Positions 26,604-37,263 of a stretch of DNA of 64,000 nucleotides are shown here, piece by piece. The stretch's first letter is position 1, and every line of letters begins with the position of its first letter. The notes below the pieces were generated by a model that was not told the DNA's origin, searched no databases, and saw only the letters and a list, made by a program, of their open reading frames with translations. Position numbers and translations under genes: made by a program. Origin of the DNA: an uncultured Ruminococcus sp. (GTDB lineage Bacteria > Bacillota > Clostridia > Oscillospirales > CAG-272); contig CACZNC010000003.1 in the NCBI GenBank assembly GCA_902782445.1, positions 3,040-67,039 of the forward strand, given 5' to 3'.

Positions 26604-27380
26604 TCAGATCAGAACGGAGGCCGTGCGCCGAACCCGCAGACGGACGGTCCCGGTGAGGAAGAGTTTCCCATCCGCGTCCGACTCCACATGGAGCGTGCCG
26701 CCGGGCTGACGCAGATCGAGGGAGACGGAGCCCTTCCTTGCCGCGAGGAACGCCCCCACCGCCGTCGTGCCGCTGGCGCAGGAATTCTCCCAGAAGAGAG
26801 TGCCCGCGGTCGAGACGTACACGAGGGGGACGAGGGATCCCGCCTCCCGGTCGAACATCATGATCCCGGCGGATTCGGCGTTCAGCCCGCGGCACCAGAC
26901 CGGAGCGAGCCTTTCCGCCGTCTCCCTGTCGAGGGGGGACTCCAATATGACGTGGGAAATGCCGTGAAACCGCACGACGGGAGCGCGCATCCCCCCGGGA
27001 AGATCCTCTTCTCCCACGGAGACCGGGCGGGGCATTTCCACCCTTCCCTTCATGCGTCCGTCGGGCAGGGCCGAAACGGTCACGGCGACGGGGTCCGGCG
27101 TCCCGGAAACGGTCACGGGGATCGTCCCCTCCGCGATCCCGTTTTCGAAGGCGTACAGCACCGCCGCGCTCATCGCCGCATTCCCGCAGAATTCTCCCCC
27201 CGCCATGCGCAGAGAGATCCCGCCGGGCCGCGCGCGCACAAATCCCGCCTGCTCCGCCTCCGGTTCGAGATCCATGATCTGCCGGGCGACCGAGGGCTGG
27301 CACTCCGGCGGGACTTCGGATTCCACAAGGATCGTCTGATTGCCCGTCGGGTCGAGAAGCGCATACCGTATTTCCGTCAT
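26604..27380 (-). CDS. DapF-fold (diaminopimelate-epimerase-like) PLP-independent racemase/epimerase family protein
   Basis: Two Cys motifs at the positions expected for the fold ([11 protein letters not shown] and [11 protein letters not shown]). ATGA overlap with the upstream ATPase gene. The track ORF 26604-27980 is an artefactual extension. Confidence 0.55.
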   Translation of the reverse strand: MTEIRYALLDPTGNQTILVESEVPPECQPSVARQIMDLEPEAEQAGFVRARPGGISLRMAGGEFCGNAAMSAAVLYAFENGIAEGTIPVTVSGTPDPVAVTVSALPDGRMKGRVEMPRPVSVGEEDLPGGMRAPVVRFHGISHVILESPLDRETAERLAPVWCRGLNAESAGIMMFDREAGSLVPLVYVSTAGTLFWENSCASGTTAVGAFLAARKGSVSLDLRQPGGTLHVESDADGKLFLTGTVRLRVRRTASVLI

Positions 27381-28177
27381 TGCTTGTAATTGCTCAGGAA
27401 TTTCTTCGTCCGTTCCTGCTGCGGGTCCTGGAAGATCTGTTCCGGGCTGCCCTCTTCCATGATGTAGCCGCCGTCCATGAAGATCACCCGGTGGCTGACC
27501 GCGTGGGCGAAGGACATTTCGTGGGTCACCACCACCATCGTCATGCGGTCCTCGGCGAGCTGGCGGATGACTTTCAGCACCTCTCCCGTGAGCTCCGGGT
27601 CGAGGGCGCTGGTCGGCTCGTCGAAGAAGAGGATCTCCGGTTTGAGCGCAAGGGCCCGGGCGATGGCGACGCGCTGCTGCTGTCCGCCCGAAAGCTGGCA
27701 GGGATAGGCGTTCTCCTTCCCTTCCAGACCCATCTTTTTGAGGAGGGACACGGCCCTGTCCCGCGCCTCCTCCTTGCTGACGCCCCGCAGGACGGTCGGT
27801 TCGCAGATGTTTTTCATGACCGAATAGTGGGGGAACAGGTTGAAGTTCTGGAACACCATCCCGAAGAGGGTGCGGAACCGGCCCAGTTCCTTCTTCGATG
27901 CGTAGACTCCTCCTTTGAGGGCGTACTCCCCGTCGTACAGGATATCTCCGTCGTTCGCGGTCTCGAGGAAGGAGGCGCACCGGAGCAGCGTGGACTTCCC
28001 GGATCCGGAGGGACCGATCACCGTGACGACGTTCCCCGGATTGATGGAGAAGGAGATATCCCTCAGAACGGCGACCCGGTCGAAGGCTTTCTGCAGGTTT
28101 CGGATCTCCAGAATGGGAGCGGAGGCGGTTCCTGTTTTTTCGGTTTTCTCTGACACGGTTTCCATCTCCTCTCTCAT
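27377..28177 (-). CDS. Polar amino-acid ABC transporter, ATP-binding protein
   Basis: [29 protein letters not shown] and [18 protein letters not shown] overlap with the permease gene. Confidence 0.9.
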   Translation of the reverse strand: MREEMETVSEKTEKTGTASAPILEIRNLQKAFDRVAVLRDISFSINPGNVVTVIGPSGSGKSTLLRCASFLETANDGDILYDGEYALKGGVYASKKELGRFRTLFGMVFQNFNLFPHYSVMKNICEPTVLRGVSKEEARDRAVSLLKKMGLEGKENAYPCQLSGGQQQRVAIARALALKPEILFFDEPTSALDPELTGEVLKVIRQLAEDRMTMVVVTHEMSFAHAVSHRVIFMDGGYIMEEGSPEQIFQDPQQERTKKFLSNYKQ

Positions 28178-28821
28178 TTGTAATAGTTCAGGCGTTTTTC
28201 GATCCCGCCCATCACCCGGTCCACGACGAAGTTGAAGACGTAGTAGAACACGCCTGCCACGATGAACGGCACGAAGCTGGTCTGGGAATTGGCGATCTGC
28301 TTGCCGATCGTGAACATCTCCTGATAGGACACGGTGAAGGCCATCGACGTGTCCTTGACGAGGGTCACGACTTCGTTCGTCACGCTCGGCAGGATGCGCT
28401 TGATGACCTGCGGGAGCACGATCCGCACGAAGGTCTGGAACCGGCTGTATCCGAGGACTTCTGCCGCCTCGTACTGCCCCGCCGGGATGGATTCGATCCC
28501 CCCGCGGTAGATCTCGGCGAAATACGCGGCGTAGTTGATGGAAAACGCGATCACGACGGGGATCAGCTTGTTGCGGGACACGTTCGCCCCGAAGAGATAA
28601 TAGGGTCCGTAAGTCACCGCCAGAAGCTGCAGCATCAAGGGAGTGCCCCTTAACACCGTGATGACGAACCGGACGACGGAGGAGACGATCTTGTTCTTGC
28701 TCATGCGCAACAGAGCCACGAGCATCCCGAGGGGAAGGGAGAACAGGAGGGTCAGAAAGAAGATCGCGCATGTTTTTCCGAGACCCTCGCTCATTTTGAG
28801 GATCATCGTCAAAAGTGACAT
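28174..28821 (-). CDS. Polar amino-acid ABC transporter permease (His/Glu/Gln/Arg family)
   Basis: [15 protein letters not shown]...[25 protein letters not shown]. Confidence 0.85.
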   Translation of the reverse strand: MSLLTMILKMSEGLGKTCAIFFLTLLFSLPLGMLVALLRMSKNKIVSSVVRFVITVLRGTPLMLQLLAVTYGPYYLFGANVSRNKLIPVVIAFSINYAAYFAEIYRGGIESIPAGQYEAAEVLGYSRFQTFVRIVLPQVIKRILPSVTNEVVTLVKDTSMAFTVSYQEMFTIGKQIANSQTSFVPFIVAGVFYYVFNFVVDRVMGGIEKRLNYYK

Positions 28822-28973
28822 GGAACGCACCTCATAAAAGACGAATTGGTTCCGGGTCCCGCTCAGCGGAAACGGAAGGCGGCGGGATCCGAAAAGACAA
28901 GCTCCCGAAAGCACGGAAAATGCACTTTCGGGCTCCTGTCTCTATGGGGTTCGCGGGAATTCGGAAAAGGGGA

Positions 28974-29768
28974 TCAGTCGTTGAGGAACAAGAGGTTGTT
29001 GACGATGTCGGGATACTTGGCCGCGATCTCCGCGTACTTGCCGTTCTCGACCAGGGCGGCGATGGCTCCCTCGACCTGGCTGCAGAGGGCCTTGTCGCCG
29101 GAACGGAACGCGATGCCGTACTGCTCCGCGCCGAGCTGTTCGTCGATGATCTTGTATCCCTCGTGCTCCGCGGCATAGCTGGCGGCTACGGGAAGGTCCA
29201 CGAACACCGCGTCAACGGAATTCCCGGCCAGTTCGGTGAAGCACTTTAAGAAGCTGTCGCAGGTGACGACGCCGCCGAAGGTCGCGGAGAGATCGGCCAG
29301 ATCGCCGTTGAGCAGGGCTTCGCCGGAAGTGCCCAGCTGGACCGCCACGAGCTTGCCCGCGAGATCCGCGGAAGAGGAGAAACCGCTGTCTTCCTTCACG
29401 ACGAGGACCTGGGTGTTGTCGTAGTACGGGGCGGAAATGACGTACCCGGCGTCCTTCATGGAGTCGAGGATCGTCATGCCGGACCAGACGCAGTCGCATT
29501 CGTAGGAGTCGAGCTGGACGAGCTTTTCATCCCAGTTCACGCCGAAGATCGTGAGTTCCCAGCCGAGGTAATCGCAGACGGCCTTGCAGATCTCCACGTC
29601 GAAGCCGGTGTACTGGCCGTCCTCGCCGAGGTAGCTGAAGGGGGGATATTCGGGGTCGATGCCCATGATGAAGCCCGTTCTGCCGTCGGAGGGCTTGTCC
29701 TCCGCTCCGCAGGCGGTCAGGGCGAAGAGGAGCAGAAGGGCAATGAGGAGTGCTGTGAATCTTTTCAT
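28974..29768 (-). CDS. Polar amino-acid ABC substrate-binding lipoprotein
   Basis: Lipobox FALTAC. The sequence GIDPEYPPFSY..G.YTGFDVE is typical of family-3 SBPs. Confidence 0.9.
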   Translation of the reverse strand: MKRFTALLIALLLLFALTACGAEDKPSDGRTGFIMGIDPEYPPFSYLGEDGQYTGFDVEICKAVCDYLGWELTIFGVNWDEKLVQLDSYECDCVWSGMTILDSMKDAGYVISAPYYDNTQVLVVKEDSGFSSSADLAGKLVAVQLGTSGEALLNGDLADLSATFGGVVTCDSFLKCFTELAGNSVDAVFVDLPVAASYAAEHEGYKIIDEQLGAEQYGIAFRSGDKALCSQVEGAIAALVENGKYAEIAAKYPDIVNNLLFLND

Positions 29769-30096
29769 TTGGAAAGGATCTCCTTGCAGCGACAGCGCAG
29801 CCCGGAATCTCTTCGGAGCGCGCTGTGGATTTTCCGATATTTTATCACATTAACGCGCTAAAAGGTGAAAGCATTGCGTTTGTTTTCAATATATTTACTC
29901 TCCATTCACAATCCGTCCCGCCGGTCCGTATCTCCTGCCCCCAAGCCGGTCCCGCCCGGTCAGACGCCGGAGGAAGCAAACTTCCCGCTCCGAAAATGTT
30001 GACTTCCGTCCCGTTTTATGATACCATAGTCACGGCAGCACTTCACCGCAGCCGTTCGGGCCGGTGAGATCTTCACAGACGGAGGGGACGCAAAGC

Positions 30097-30654
30097 ATGA
30101 CGATCGGCAGAGGAAGACCGCAGAATGAGGAAGGAAGGTCGGCGCGGGAGATCCAGTGCTACGATTTTCTCGATTCCCTCGGGATCTCCTACCTCCGGGC
30201 GGACCACGATCCCGCCGCCACGATGGAGGACTGCGAACGGATCGACCGGGAACTCGGCGGACCGATCTGCAAGAACCTCTTTCTGAGAAACCGGCAGGGG
30301 ACGAAGTTCTATCTCCTTCTCATGCCGGGGAACAAGCCCTTCCGCACAAAGGAGCTCTCCGCCCAGACCGGATCTTCCCGGCTTTCCTTTGGCGAGCCCG
30401 CGGATATGATGAGGCTGATCGGCACGGAACCGGGATGCGCCTCCGTGCTGGGGCTGATGAACGACACGAAACAGGAAGTTGCCCTGCTCGCCGACCGGGA
30501 CGTGCTCCGCGAAGAGCGGTTCGGGTGCCACCCCTGCGCGAATACCTCCTCCGTTCTGTTTTCGACGAAGGATCTGTTGGAGAAGATCCTTCCCGCGCTC
30601 GGGCGGCAGTTTCAGACGGTGGAGCTGATCGGATCCGACGAAATCAGGGAATAA
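30097..30654 (+). CDS. YbaK/ProX-type aminoacyl-tRNA editing domain protein
   Basis: ICKNLFLRNRQGTKFYLLLMPGNK.F..KELS is typical of prolyl-tRNA-synthetase-associated domains. GGAGGGG RBS. Confidence 0.75.
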   Translation: MTIGRGRPQNEEGRSAREIQCYDFLDSLGISYLRADHDPAATMEDCERIDRELGGPICKNLFLRNRQGTKFYLLLMPGNKPFRTKELSAQTGSSRLSFGEPADMMRLIGTEPGCASVLGLMNDTKQEVALLADRDVLREERFGCHPCANTSSVLFSTKDLLEKILPALGRQFQTVELIGSDEIRE

Positions 30655-30665
30655 GGAGGCCGGAC

Positions 30666-31007
30666 ATGAACATTCAGATCTTCGGCACGAAGAAAAGCCA
30701 GGATACCCGGGCGGCCGAGCGGTTCTTCAAGGAGCGCCGGATCCCGTATCAGTTTGTGGACATGAAGGAAAAGGGGCTGTCCCGCGGGGAATTCGACGCC
30801 GTCCTCCGCGCGGTGGGGTCCCTCGACGCCATGCTGGACGAGAACTGCCGGGACCGGGATCTTCTCGCTCTCGTCACCTATCTCGGCGAGCGGGACCGGG
30901 CGGAGAAGGCCTTCGAGAACCAGTCCGTCCTGAAACTGCCCATCGTCCGGAACGGGAAAAACGCCACCGCGGGATTCTGTCCCGACGTGTGGAAAAGCTG
31001 GACATGA
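30666..31007 (+). CDS. ArsC/Spx/YffB-family protein in which the N-terminal Cys position is Ser
   Basis: MNIQIFGTKKSQDTRAAERFFKERRIPYQFVD. Canonical family members have Cys where this protein has Ser-11. Confidence 0.7.
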   Translation: MNIQIFGTKKSQDTRAAERFFKERRIPYQFVDMKEKGLSRGEFDAVLRAVGSLDAMLDENCRDRDLLALVTYLGERDRAEKAFENQSVLKLPIVRNGKNATAGFCPDVWKSWT

Positions 31008-31037
31008 TCTCCGGCGCATTGCAAGTGAGGCATTGCC

Positions 31038-31700
31038 GTGAGTAAATTCGATTTCACTGTCGAGACGAAGGACGATCTTGTCCGGGCGGTCCGGGAATTC
31101 GGATTCGTGCCGCTTTTCTGCAATTCCGTCCCCGGCTTTTCCGTGGAGGAACACGTCTCCCCGAAAGCCTGGTTTTCCGGCGGGGAGGGCGTCTGGGAAT
31201 GGAAAGGTCCCGTGATCCGGGAGACGGGATGCGCCTACGGCAAGTTCTTCGAGAAAAAGGCCGTTTTCATATCGAAGGAGTGGTTCCCGGATTTCGCCAA
31301 CTACCGCCGGGACGGCTACGACTTCGACGCGCGGTTCGACGACGGGCTCGCCTCCTTCCGGGACCGGGATCTCTACGAACTGCTGGACTCCCACGCCCCG
31401 ATCCTCTCGAAGGATCTGAAAGCCCTCTCGGCCGTCAAAGGCTTCGACACGGTCCTCTCCCGGCTTCAGGCCCAGTGCTACGCCGTCATCAGCGACTTCG
31501 TCTATGAGACGAGCCGCGCGGGGGTCCCATACGGCTGGGGGGTCGCGCAGTATTCGACGCCGGAGAAGTTCATGGGCGGGGATTTTGCCTCGGCCGTCTA
31601 CCGGCACACCCCCGAAGAATCCTGCCGGCGCGTGTTCGACCGTCTGCGGGAACTGCTCCCGGACGCGGGGGACGAGGCGATCCGGAAAATCCTGAAATAA
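31038..31700 (+). CDS. Hypothetical cytoplasmic protein, possibly an AlkZ/YcaQ-related winged-helix protein
   Basis: 220-aa ORF with a GTG start and coding-like composition. The family assignment rests on memory only. Confidence 0.5.
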   Translation: MSKFDFTVETKDDLVRAVREFGFVPLFCNSVPGFSVEEHVSPKAWFSGGEGVWEWKGPVIRETGCAYGKFFEKKAVFISKEWFPDFANYRRDGYDFDARFDDGLASFRDRDLYELLDSHAPILSKDLKALSAVKGFDTVLSRLQAQCYAVISDFVYETSRAGVPYGWGVAQYSTPEKFMGGDFASAVYRHTPEESCRRVFDRLRELLPDAGDEAIRKILK

Positions 31701-31744
31701 GCGGCACGCGCGGACCGGACCCGGATCCGGCAGGAGGTATTGAG

Positions 31745-32539
31745 ATGGACATCGCAACCATAACGGATTTCGTATTATCGGCGGGAGTCAATCTTCTGAA
31801 AGGGCTCCTCATCCTCGTCTTCGGCTTTTTCTTCGCCCACTGGCTGGCGAAACTCCCGGACAAAAGCAAGAAGTTTGCAAAACTGGATCCTTCCCTCCGG
31901 ACTTTCTTCCGCAACCTTCTGAAACTGACCCTCTACACGGTCGTGATCCTGACGGCCGCGAATGTGCTCGGCGTCCCGCTGACCTCCGTTCTGACGCTTT
32001 TCGCCTCGGCCGGGGTGGCGATCAGCCTCGCGATGCAGGGCGCGCTGAGCAATCTGGTCGGCGGGCTGACGCTGTTGATCCTGAAGCCCATCAAATCCGG
32101 GGAGTTCGTAAAGATCGGGGACTACGAAGGGACCGTGCTGACCATCGGGGCGTTCTATACCGATCTGCGCACCTTCGACAACCGGCATATCAGCCTGCCC
32201 AACAACACCTTGACGAACACCGCCATCGTGAACTATACCCGGGAGGGGACGCGGCGGGTGGACATGACGTATTCCGTCAGCTACGCCAGCGATCTGGACA
32301 CGGTCTACGCCGCGCTCAGCAGGATGATCGGGAACTGCGCCTCCGTCCTGCCCGATCCCGCGCCCACCGTGGTTTTGCAGAAATGCGCGGACAGCAGCGT
32401 CGATTTCACCGTCCGGGCCTGGGTGAAGGCGGAGGACTACTGGAACGTCTACTTCTACATGACCGACGCCGGGAAAAGAGCCCTCGACGAGGCCGGGATC
32501 GAGATCCCCTTCCCGCAGATGGACGTGCATATCCGGTAA
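31745..32539 (+). CDS. Small-conductance mechanosensitive channel (MscS family)
   Basis: Three N-terminal transmembrane helices, then GALSNLVGGLTLLILKPIKSGEFVKIGDYEGTV. Confidence 0.85.
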   Translation: MDIATITDFVLSAGVNLLKGLLILVFGFFFAHWLAKLPDKSKKFAKLDPSLRTFFRNLLKLTLYTVVILTAANVLGVPLTSVLTLFASAGVAISLAMQGALSNLVGGLTLLILKPIKSGEFVKIGDYEGTVLTIGAFYTDLRTFDNRHISLPNNTLTNTAIVNYTREGTRRVDMTYSVSYASDLDTVYAALSRMIGNCASVLPDPAPTVVLQKCADSSVDFTVRAWVKAEDYWNVYFYMTDAGKRALDEAGIEIPFPQMDVHIR

Positions 32540-32610
32540 ACGGGAACCGGAATACCGAAGCCGCAGCGAAAGACGCGTTTTCTACCCTCGGAGGCGGAGC
32601 GCGTCTTTTG

Positions 32611-33213
32611 TTATTCGCCTCCCCTGCCCGTCTCGAAGCACAGGACCCTCTCCCGTTCGTCTCCCGGGAACAGATCGGAGCAGTCGATCTCTCGGACATA
32701 GGTCAGCTCGTCCGCGTCCATGAGGATCTGCCGGTACTCGTCGGAGGGATAGTAGAAGAGAAGGCGCATCGGGCGGGGGGATTCATACCAGGATCCCGTG
32801 ATCCGCGCCAGAACGGACCGGAGGGTCTCGGCGGAAAAGGGATTGAAGAAATAGAAGCAATCCGCGCCGGAGGGGACCTCGTACCGCTCCGCGCTTTCCG
32901 TGAAAAACCGGACCTGCGCCTTCCCCGCGAAGGACTGCCGGTTCCGCTCCGCCTCCCCGGTCAGCCGGGGATTGAAGTCGATCCCGACGCTCCGGCACCC
33001 GGTGCGCCACGAGAGGAACAGGCTGACCCGCCCTTTCCCGCATCCGTAATCCACGAGGAGATCCTGCTTCCCGACAAGTCCGCTCTCCGCGATCCGTTCG
33101 AGGACCGCGTAGGGGGTGGGTTCGTAGGAACGGCGGTGGGAGTCCTCCGCGGTCCCGTCCCTGCCGCCGGTGCTGATGTTCAGTTTCCGGTCCCAGCGGT
33201 GTTCGCCGTTCAT
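32611..33213 (-). CDS. Class I SAM-dependent methyltransferase
   Basis: Motif I LLVDYGCGKGR and the F.F.NPF motif. Confidence 0.75.
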   Translation of the reverse strand: MNGEHRWDRKLNISTGGRDGTAEDSHRRSYEPTPYAVLERIAESGLVGKQDLLVDYGCGKGRVSLFLSWRTGCRSVGIDFNPRLTGEAERNRQSFAGKAQVRFFTESAERYEVPSGADCFYFFNPFSAETLRSVLARITGSWYESPRPMRLLFYYPSDEYRQILMDADELTYVREIDCSDLFPGDERERVLCFETGRGGE

Positions 33214-33544
33214 TCTGTTCCCTCCGGACTGCGGAACGGAGAAAGATGCAGCGCCGCGGTCTTGATTTCCTTCATAATTCGTACCTCGTTTCGCGGGAGA
33301 ACCGTTCTTTCCGGACTCCCTGCGGGATGTTCATCGTTTTTTCTCCGCTGTTTCGTTTCCCCGATTATACCACATCCCGCTCCGTCCCGCAACAGGGATT
33401 TTCCCGATCCTGCCCTGTGTCCGCGGAACGGTTCCGTTCTTCCGTCCGGTCAGCCCGCCGTCGCTTGACATTCCCGGTTTTTTCCTGTATAATGGGCTTA
33501 CAGGCGAGAGCCGAACATATTTCTGCGGAAACGAGGTTTTCTCC

Positions 33545-34477
33545 ATGAAAAGACAGCAGGCATTCGGCGGCAGCGCAAAACTGCTCAAGGGCGGGCTCCA
33601 CTGCCACACCAGGAGATCCGACGGAGCGGGAGAACCCGAGGAAGTGATCCGTCTCCATGCGAAAAACGGGTACGATTTTCTGGCGCTGACCGACCACCGG
33701 TTCTATAACTATAAGAATTTCGCGCCGGAGGTCCCCATCACCATCATCCCCGGCATGGAATTCGACGGCACCTTCCAGCACGGCCACGGCTTCCGCTGTT
33801 TCCACACCGTTTGCATCGGGCCCGCGAAAGAGGACGGGAACGGATTCGACCAGGACGAACGGGTGGATTCCGCGAAAACCACGGGGCAGGAAGACTATCA
33901 GCCCTATCTCGACGCGATCCACGCGAAGGGCAATCTGACGATCCACTGCCATCCGGAATGGAGCGGCACCTCCGCCCGGTATTTCGAGAAGCTGAGAGGC
34001 AATTTCGCCATGGAGATCTGGAACAGCGGATGCGCCATCAACTGCCACATGGACATGGACGCCGCCTGCTGGGACGAGATCCTCGGGCAGGGCGTAAAGA
34101 TCTACGGCGTTGCGGTCGACGACGGCCACGGCATGGGCGACCACTGCAACGGCTGGGTGCGCGTGAACGCCGAGAACAAAATCTCCTCGATCCTCGACGC
34201 CCTGAAAGACGGGAAGTTCTACTCCTCCTGCGGCCCGGAGATCTACGACTTCTACGTGGACGGCGGGAAGGCTGTCATCGACTGCTCCCCCGTCTCCGCC
34301 GTCCGTCTCCAGAGCGACATGCACCCCACGCGGATCGTCACCTCCGCCGACGGATCGCTGACTCACGCGGAATTCAGCATGAACGGATGGCCGGGGGACT
34401 ACCGGTACGTCCGCATGACGGTGATCGACCGGGACGGCAAATTCGCCTGGACGAATCCGATCTGGCTGGAAGACTGA
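33545..34477 (+). CDS. PHP-domain (CehA/McbA-like) metal-dependent phosphoesterase
   Basis: GGLHCHTRRSDG...FLALTDH. The consensus promoter TTGACA-17-TATAAT at 33465-33493 precedes it. Confidence 0.7.
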   Translation: MKRQQAFGGSAKLLKGGLHCHTRRSDGAGEPEEVIRLHAKNGYDFLALTDHRFYNYKNFAPEVPITIIPGMEFDGTFQHGHGFRCFHTVCIGPAKEDGNGFDQDERVDSAKTTGQEDYQPYLDAIHAKGNLTIHCHPEWSGTSARYFEKLRGNFAMEIWNSGCAINCHMDMDAACWDEILGQGVKIYGVAVDDGHGMGDHCNGWVRVNAENKISSILDALKDGKFYSSCGPEIYDFYVDGGKAVIDCSPVSAVRLQSDMHPTRIVTSADGSLTHAEFSMNGWPGDYRYVRMTVIDRDGKFAWTNPIWLED

Positions 34478-34526
34478 TAAAAAACAGGAACTTTTGAATT
34501 TCTCCCATTCACACGGAGGCATCAGC

Positions 34527-35534
34527 ATGAACGAATCTTCTTATCTCTCCGTCTCTTCCGTTCTCCCCGCCGACGGTTCCGTTGACGCGGCTCCCCGGAT
34601 TCAGCAGCTCATCGACGAAAACCCGAACCGGACGATCTTCTTCCCCGACGGTATCTATAAGATCTCCGAACCGATCTGCACCCCGGCGGATCCGAGGCGC
34701 GCGGTCTCCCTGCTGCTCTCGGATTTCGCGGTCATTCAGGCGGCGGACGACTGGGACAGCGGCGAGGCCATGATCCGGCTCGGCGGGAAGCATGCCTACA
34801 ACTCCATCACCATCAACGGCTCGAATTACAGCCTGACCGGAGGGATCGTCGACGGCGCGGGCAGGGCGAAGGCCGTCTCCATCGACAGCGGGCGGGAAAC
34901 TGCCGTGCGGAACGTGTCGATCAAGCACGCGAAGGTCGGCATTCATATCAAGCACGGCGCGAACTCCGGCTCCTCCGACGCGGATATCTCCGGGGTCAAC
35001 ATCGTCGGAACGGGCGGGACCGATTCCGTGGGCGTCCTCGTGGAGGGCTTCGACAACACCTTCACCAATATGCGGGTGGCGAACGTCTACGTCGGCTTCG
35101 ATCTCCGCTCCGCCGGGAACAGCCTGCGCAACCTCCATCCGCTCTACACGTCGGACAACACCGATTACGCGGATTCCTGCGGGTTCCGGGACTACTGCGG
35201 CAACAACTGGTATTCCTTCTGTTACAGCGATCAGTTCGCGAACGGATTCCGGCTCGCCGACAACGTGCGCGACATTCTGACGGACTGCTTCGCGTTCTGG
35301 TACTCCGACAGGGGAGGTCCCCAGACGCTGATCCGCTGCGACGGCCGGTTCAACAGTATGGTGACGAACATCAAAGTCGGATTCAAAAACCGGGACAATA
35401 TCAACACAATCCTCGCGGTCGCGGAGCCGGGCGGTCACGGGGTGATGCAGAACCTCTGCCTCAACCACGGCGACGAAAGCTGGTTCGACGGCGACACGAC
35501 CTACCGGGACTACCTGAAAGGGGACATTCTCTGA
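34527..35534 (+). CDS. Right-handed beta-helix protein (pectate-lyase superfamily / GH28-55-like)
   Basis: DAAPRIQQLIDENPNRTIFFPDGIYKISEPI is the typical N-terminus of the Pectate_lyase_3 type. GGAGG RBS. Confidence 0.65.
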   Translation: MNESSYLSVSSVLPADGSVDAAPRIQQLIDENPNRTIFFPDGIYKISEPICTPADPRRAVSLLLSDFAVIQAADDWDSGEAMIRLGGKHAYNSITINGSNYSLTGGIVDGAGRAKAVSIDSGRETAVRNVSIKHAKVGIHIKHGANSGSSDADISGVNIVGTGGTDSVGVLVEGFDNTFTNMRVANVYVGFDLRSAGNSLRNLHPLYTSDNTDYADSCGFRDYCGNNWYSFCYSDQFANGFRLADNVRDILTDCFAFWYSDRGGPQTLIRCDGRFNSMVTNIKVGFKNRDNINTILAVAEPGGHGVMQNLCLNHGDESWFDGDTTYRDYLKGDIL

Positions 35535-35631
35535 GGGTTGTTCCGTCTGGACTTCTTTCACAACCGGACCACAGGCCCCATGAACAGGCGGGCCATTTTG
35601 CCGGACTCGACGGAGCGGGAGGAAAAAGACC

Positions 35632-36297
35632 ATGAAAATCGGAATCGTCTCGGACACCCACGATCTGCTGCGGCCGGAAGTGCTCGCGGAGCTCGAAGAC
35701 TGCGGCGCGATCCTGCACGCGGGGGATATCAGCTCCCCGGGCATCCTCGCCGGACTCCGGGAGATCGCCCCCGTGTACGCCGTGCGGGGAAACAACGACC
35801 GGGACTGGGACGACCCGCTGCCGCTTGTGCTGGATCTCGAGCTGGCTGGCCTGCGCATCGCGATGGCGCACAAAAAGAAGGATCTGCCCGGGGATCTCTC
35901 CGTCTTCGATCTGGCGGTCACCGGCCATACCCACCGGTACGCGGAAGCGCGGCTCACCGGGGAAAAGCGGACCCTCCTTCTGAATCCGGGATGCTGCGGT
36001 CCGCGCCTGTTCCGTCAGCCGGTCACCATGGCGAAGGTGACGGTCGGAGAGGACGGATGGAAAGCCGAGCGGATCGACATTCCGCAGGGGGAAAAAGAGG
36101 CGGCTCCCCCGGTCCCCGGCAGGGATATCCGCCGTCAGATCGAAGCGGTGATGAGCGGGACGCGGAAGGGGCTCTCCCCGGAGGAGATCGCGAAAAAGCA
36201 CCGGATGGATCCCGCTCTTGCCGAACAGATCGCACGGCTGTATCTCACCCACCCCGGCGTCACCGCCGACGGCATCATGACGAAGATGGGGCTGTGA
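35632..36297 (+). CDS. YfcE/MJ0936-family metallophosphoesterase with a C-terminal tail of about 65 aa
   Basis: MKIGIVSDTHD...HAGD...GNND...GHTH. Confidence 0.85.
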   Translation: MKIGIVSDTHDLLRPEVLAELEDCGAILHAGDISSPGILAGLREIAPVYAVRGNNDRDWDDPLPLVLDLELAGLRIAMAHKKKDLPGDLSVFDLAVTGHTHRYAEARLTGEKRTLLLNPGCCGPRLFRQPVTMAKVTVGEDGWKAERIDIPQGEKEAAPPVPGRDIRRQIEAVMSGTRKGLSPEEIAKKHRMDPALAEQIARLYLTHPGVTADGIMTKMGL

Positions 36298-36398
36298 GAT
36301 CCCGGGAGGAAAAAACCAAAAGAGAATCATTTCCGTCATTCCGAAAATCGCCGTGATCCCCGGCCTGCCCGTCGCCGCGCGGATCCGAGGAGGACAAT

Positions 36399-37022
36399 GT
36401 GAAATCATCCGTCTGGACCAGAATATCGACCATTCTTCTGCTGCTGTTTGTCGCGGCGGTCGTGATCGGCGTGTATCTTCTGTATCTTCACGTCAACGGT
36501 CAGGCCATTCCGTTCGAATCGCTCCTCTCCCATTCCGACGAGGTGTCGGACGAGGAGATCGAGGCGCAGATCGCGGCCATCGGGGAGCTGTCCACCGCCT
36601 CCTTCGAATACACCGACACGAGGGCCGTCACCAACATCCGCCAGCTCTTCGGGGTCGACATCCCGGGGACGAAAAACAATGTCTCCATCACCTACGACGG
36701 GGTCATCAAGGTCAGCTACCGCGTGGAGGATATCCGGTTCGCCGTCCGGGACGGGGTGATCACCGTCGAGCTGCCCGAGCCCGAAATCACGGACAACTAC
36801 ATAAAGCTCGACAACATGGAGATCCAAAGCAAAAACAATATCCTCAATCCGATCAACATCGACAACCTCACCTCGTTTTTCGAAGGGTTTCAGGACGAAG
36901 CCGTCCGGATGGCAGAGGATATGGGGATCTGGGAGGAGGCCGAGGATCGGATGATGCTCTTGGTGGAACATTTTCTGAGCGCGTTTCCCGAATACGAAGT
37001 GGAATTCGGCACTCTCGACTGA
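36399..37022 (+). CDS. DUF4230-like membrane-anchored protein
   Basis: GTG start, one transmembrane helix, then YDGVIKVSYRVEDIRFAV.DGVITVELPEPEI. Confidence 0.55.
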   Translation: MKSSVWTRISTILLLLFVAAVVIGVYLLYLHVNGQAIPFESLLSHSDEVSDEEIEAQIAAIGELSTASFEYTDTRAVTNIRQLFGVDIPGTKNNVSITYDGVIKVSYRVEDIRFAVRDGVITVELPEPEITDNYIKLDNMEIQSKNNILNPINIDNLTSFFEGFQDEAVRMAEDMGIWEEAEDRMMLLVEHFLSAFPEYEVEFGTLD

Positions 37023-37187
37023 CGGGCCGGGGACAGTCCGCTTTCACCGACGGAAAAGGCTCTTAACACTTGTTATAATCCCTGCTGCCACCCCCGCGCC
37101 GGCCGCCGGTCCGTTCGTTATTTTTTCAGATTCCCGTAAAAAACCGTCAAAAAACCGTTTCTTCCGCCGGGAATCTGTCCGAAACGC

Positions 37188-37216
37188 TTGACATTCCCGT
37201 GCGGTTGTGGTAAAAT
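37188..37216 (+). promoter_or_regulatory. Promoter of the gene at 37264
   Basis: TTGACA (37188-37193), a 17-nt spacer, then TGg-TAAAAT (37208-37216). Confidence 0.55.
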
Positions 37217-37263
37217 ACCCGCAGAATCCCAATTCTATCCACTCTTTTCCATGGAGGTAAATC

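Noticed and set aside
26604-28771. Track ORFs 26604-27980 (458 aa) and 27377-28771 (464 aa) taken as single large proteins
   Set aside because: Their N-terminal halves are out-of-frame read-through across the neighbouring ABC genes. Internal ATGs with ATGA coupling (27380 and 28177) give proteins of canonical length.
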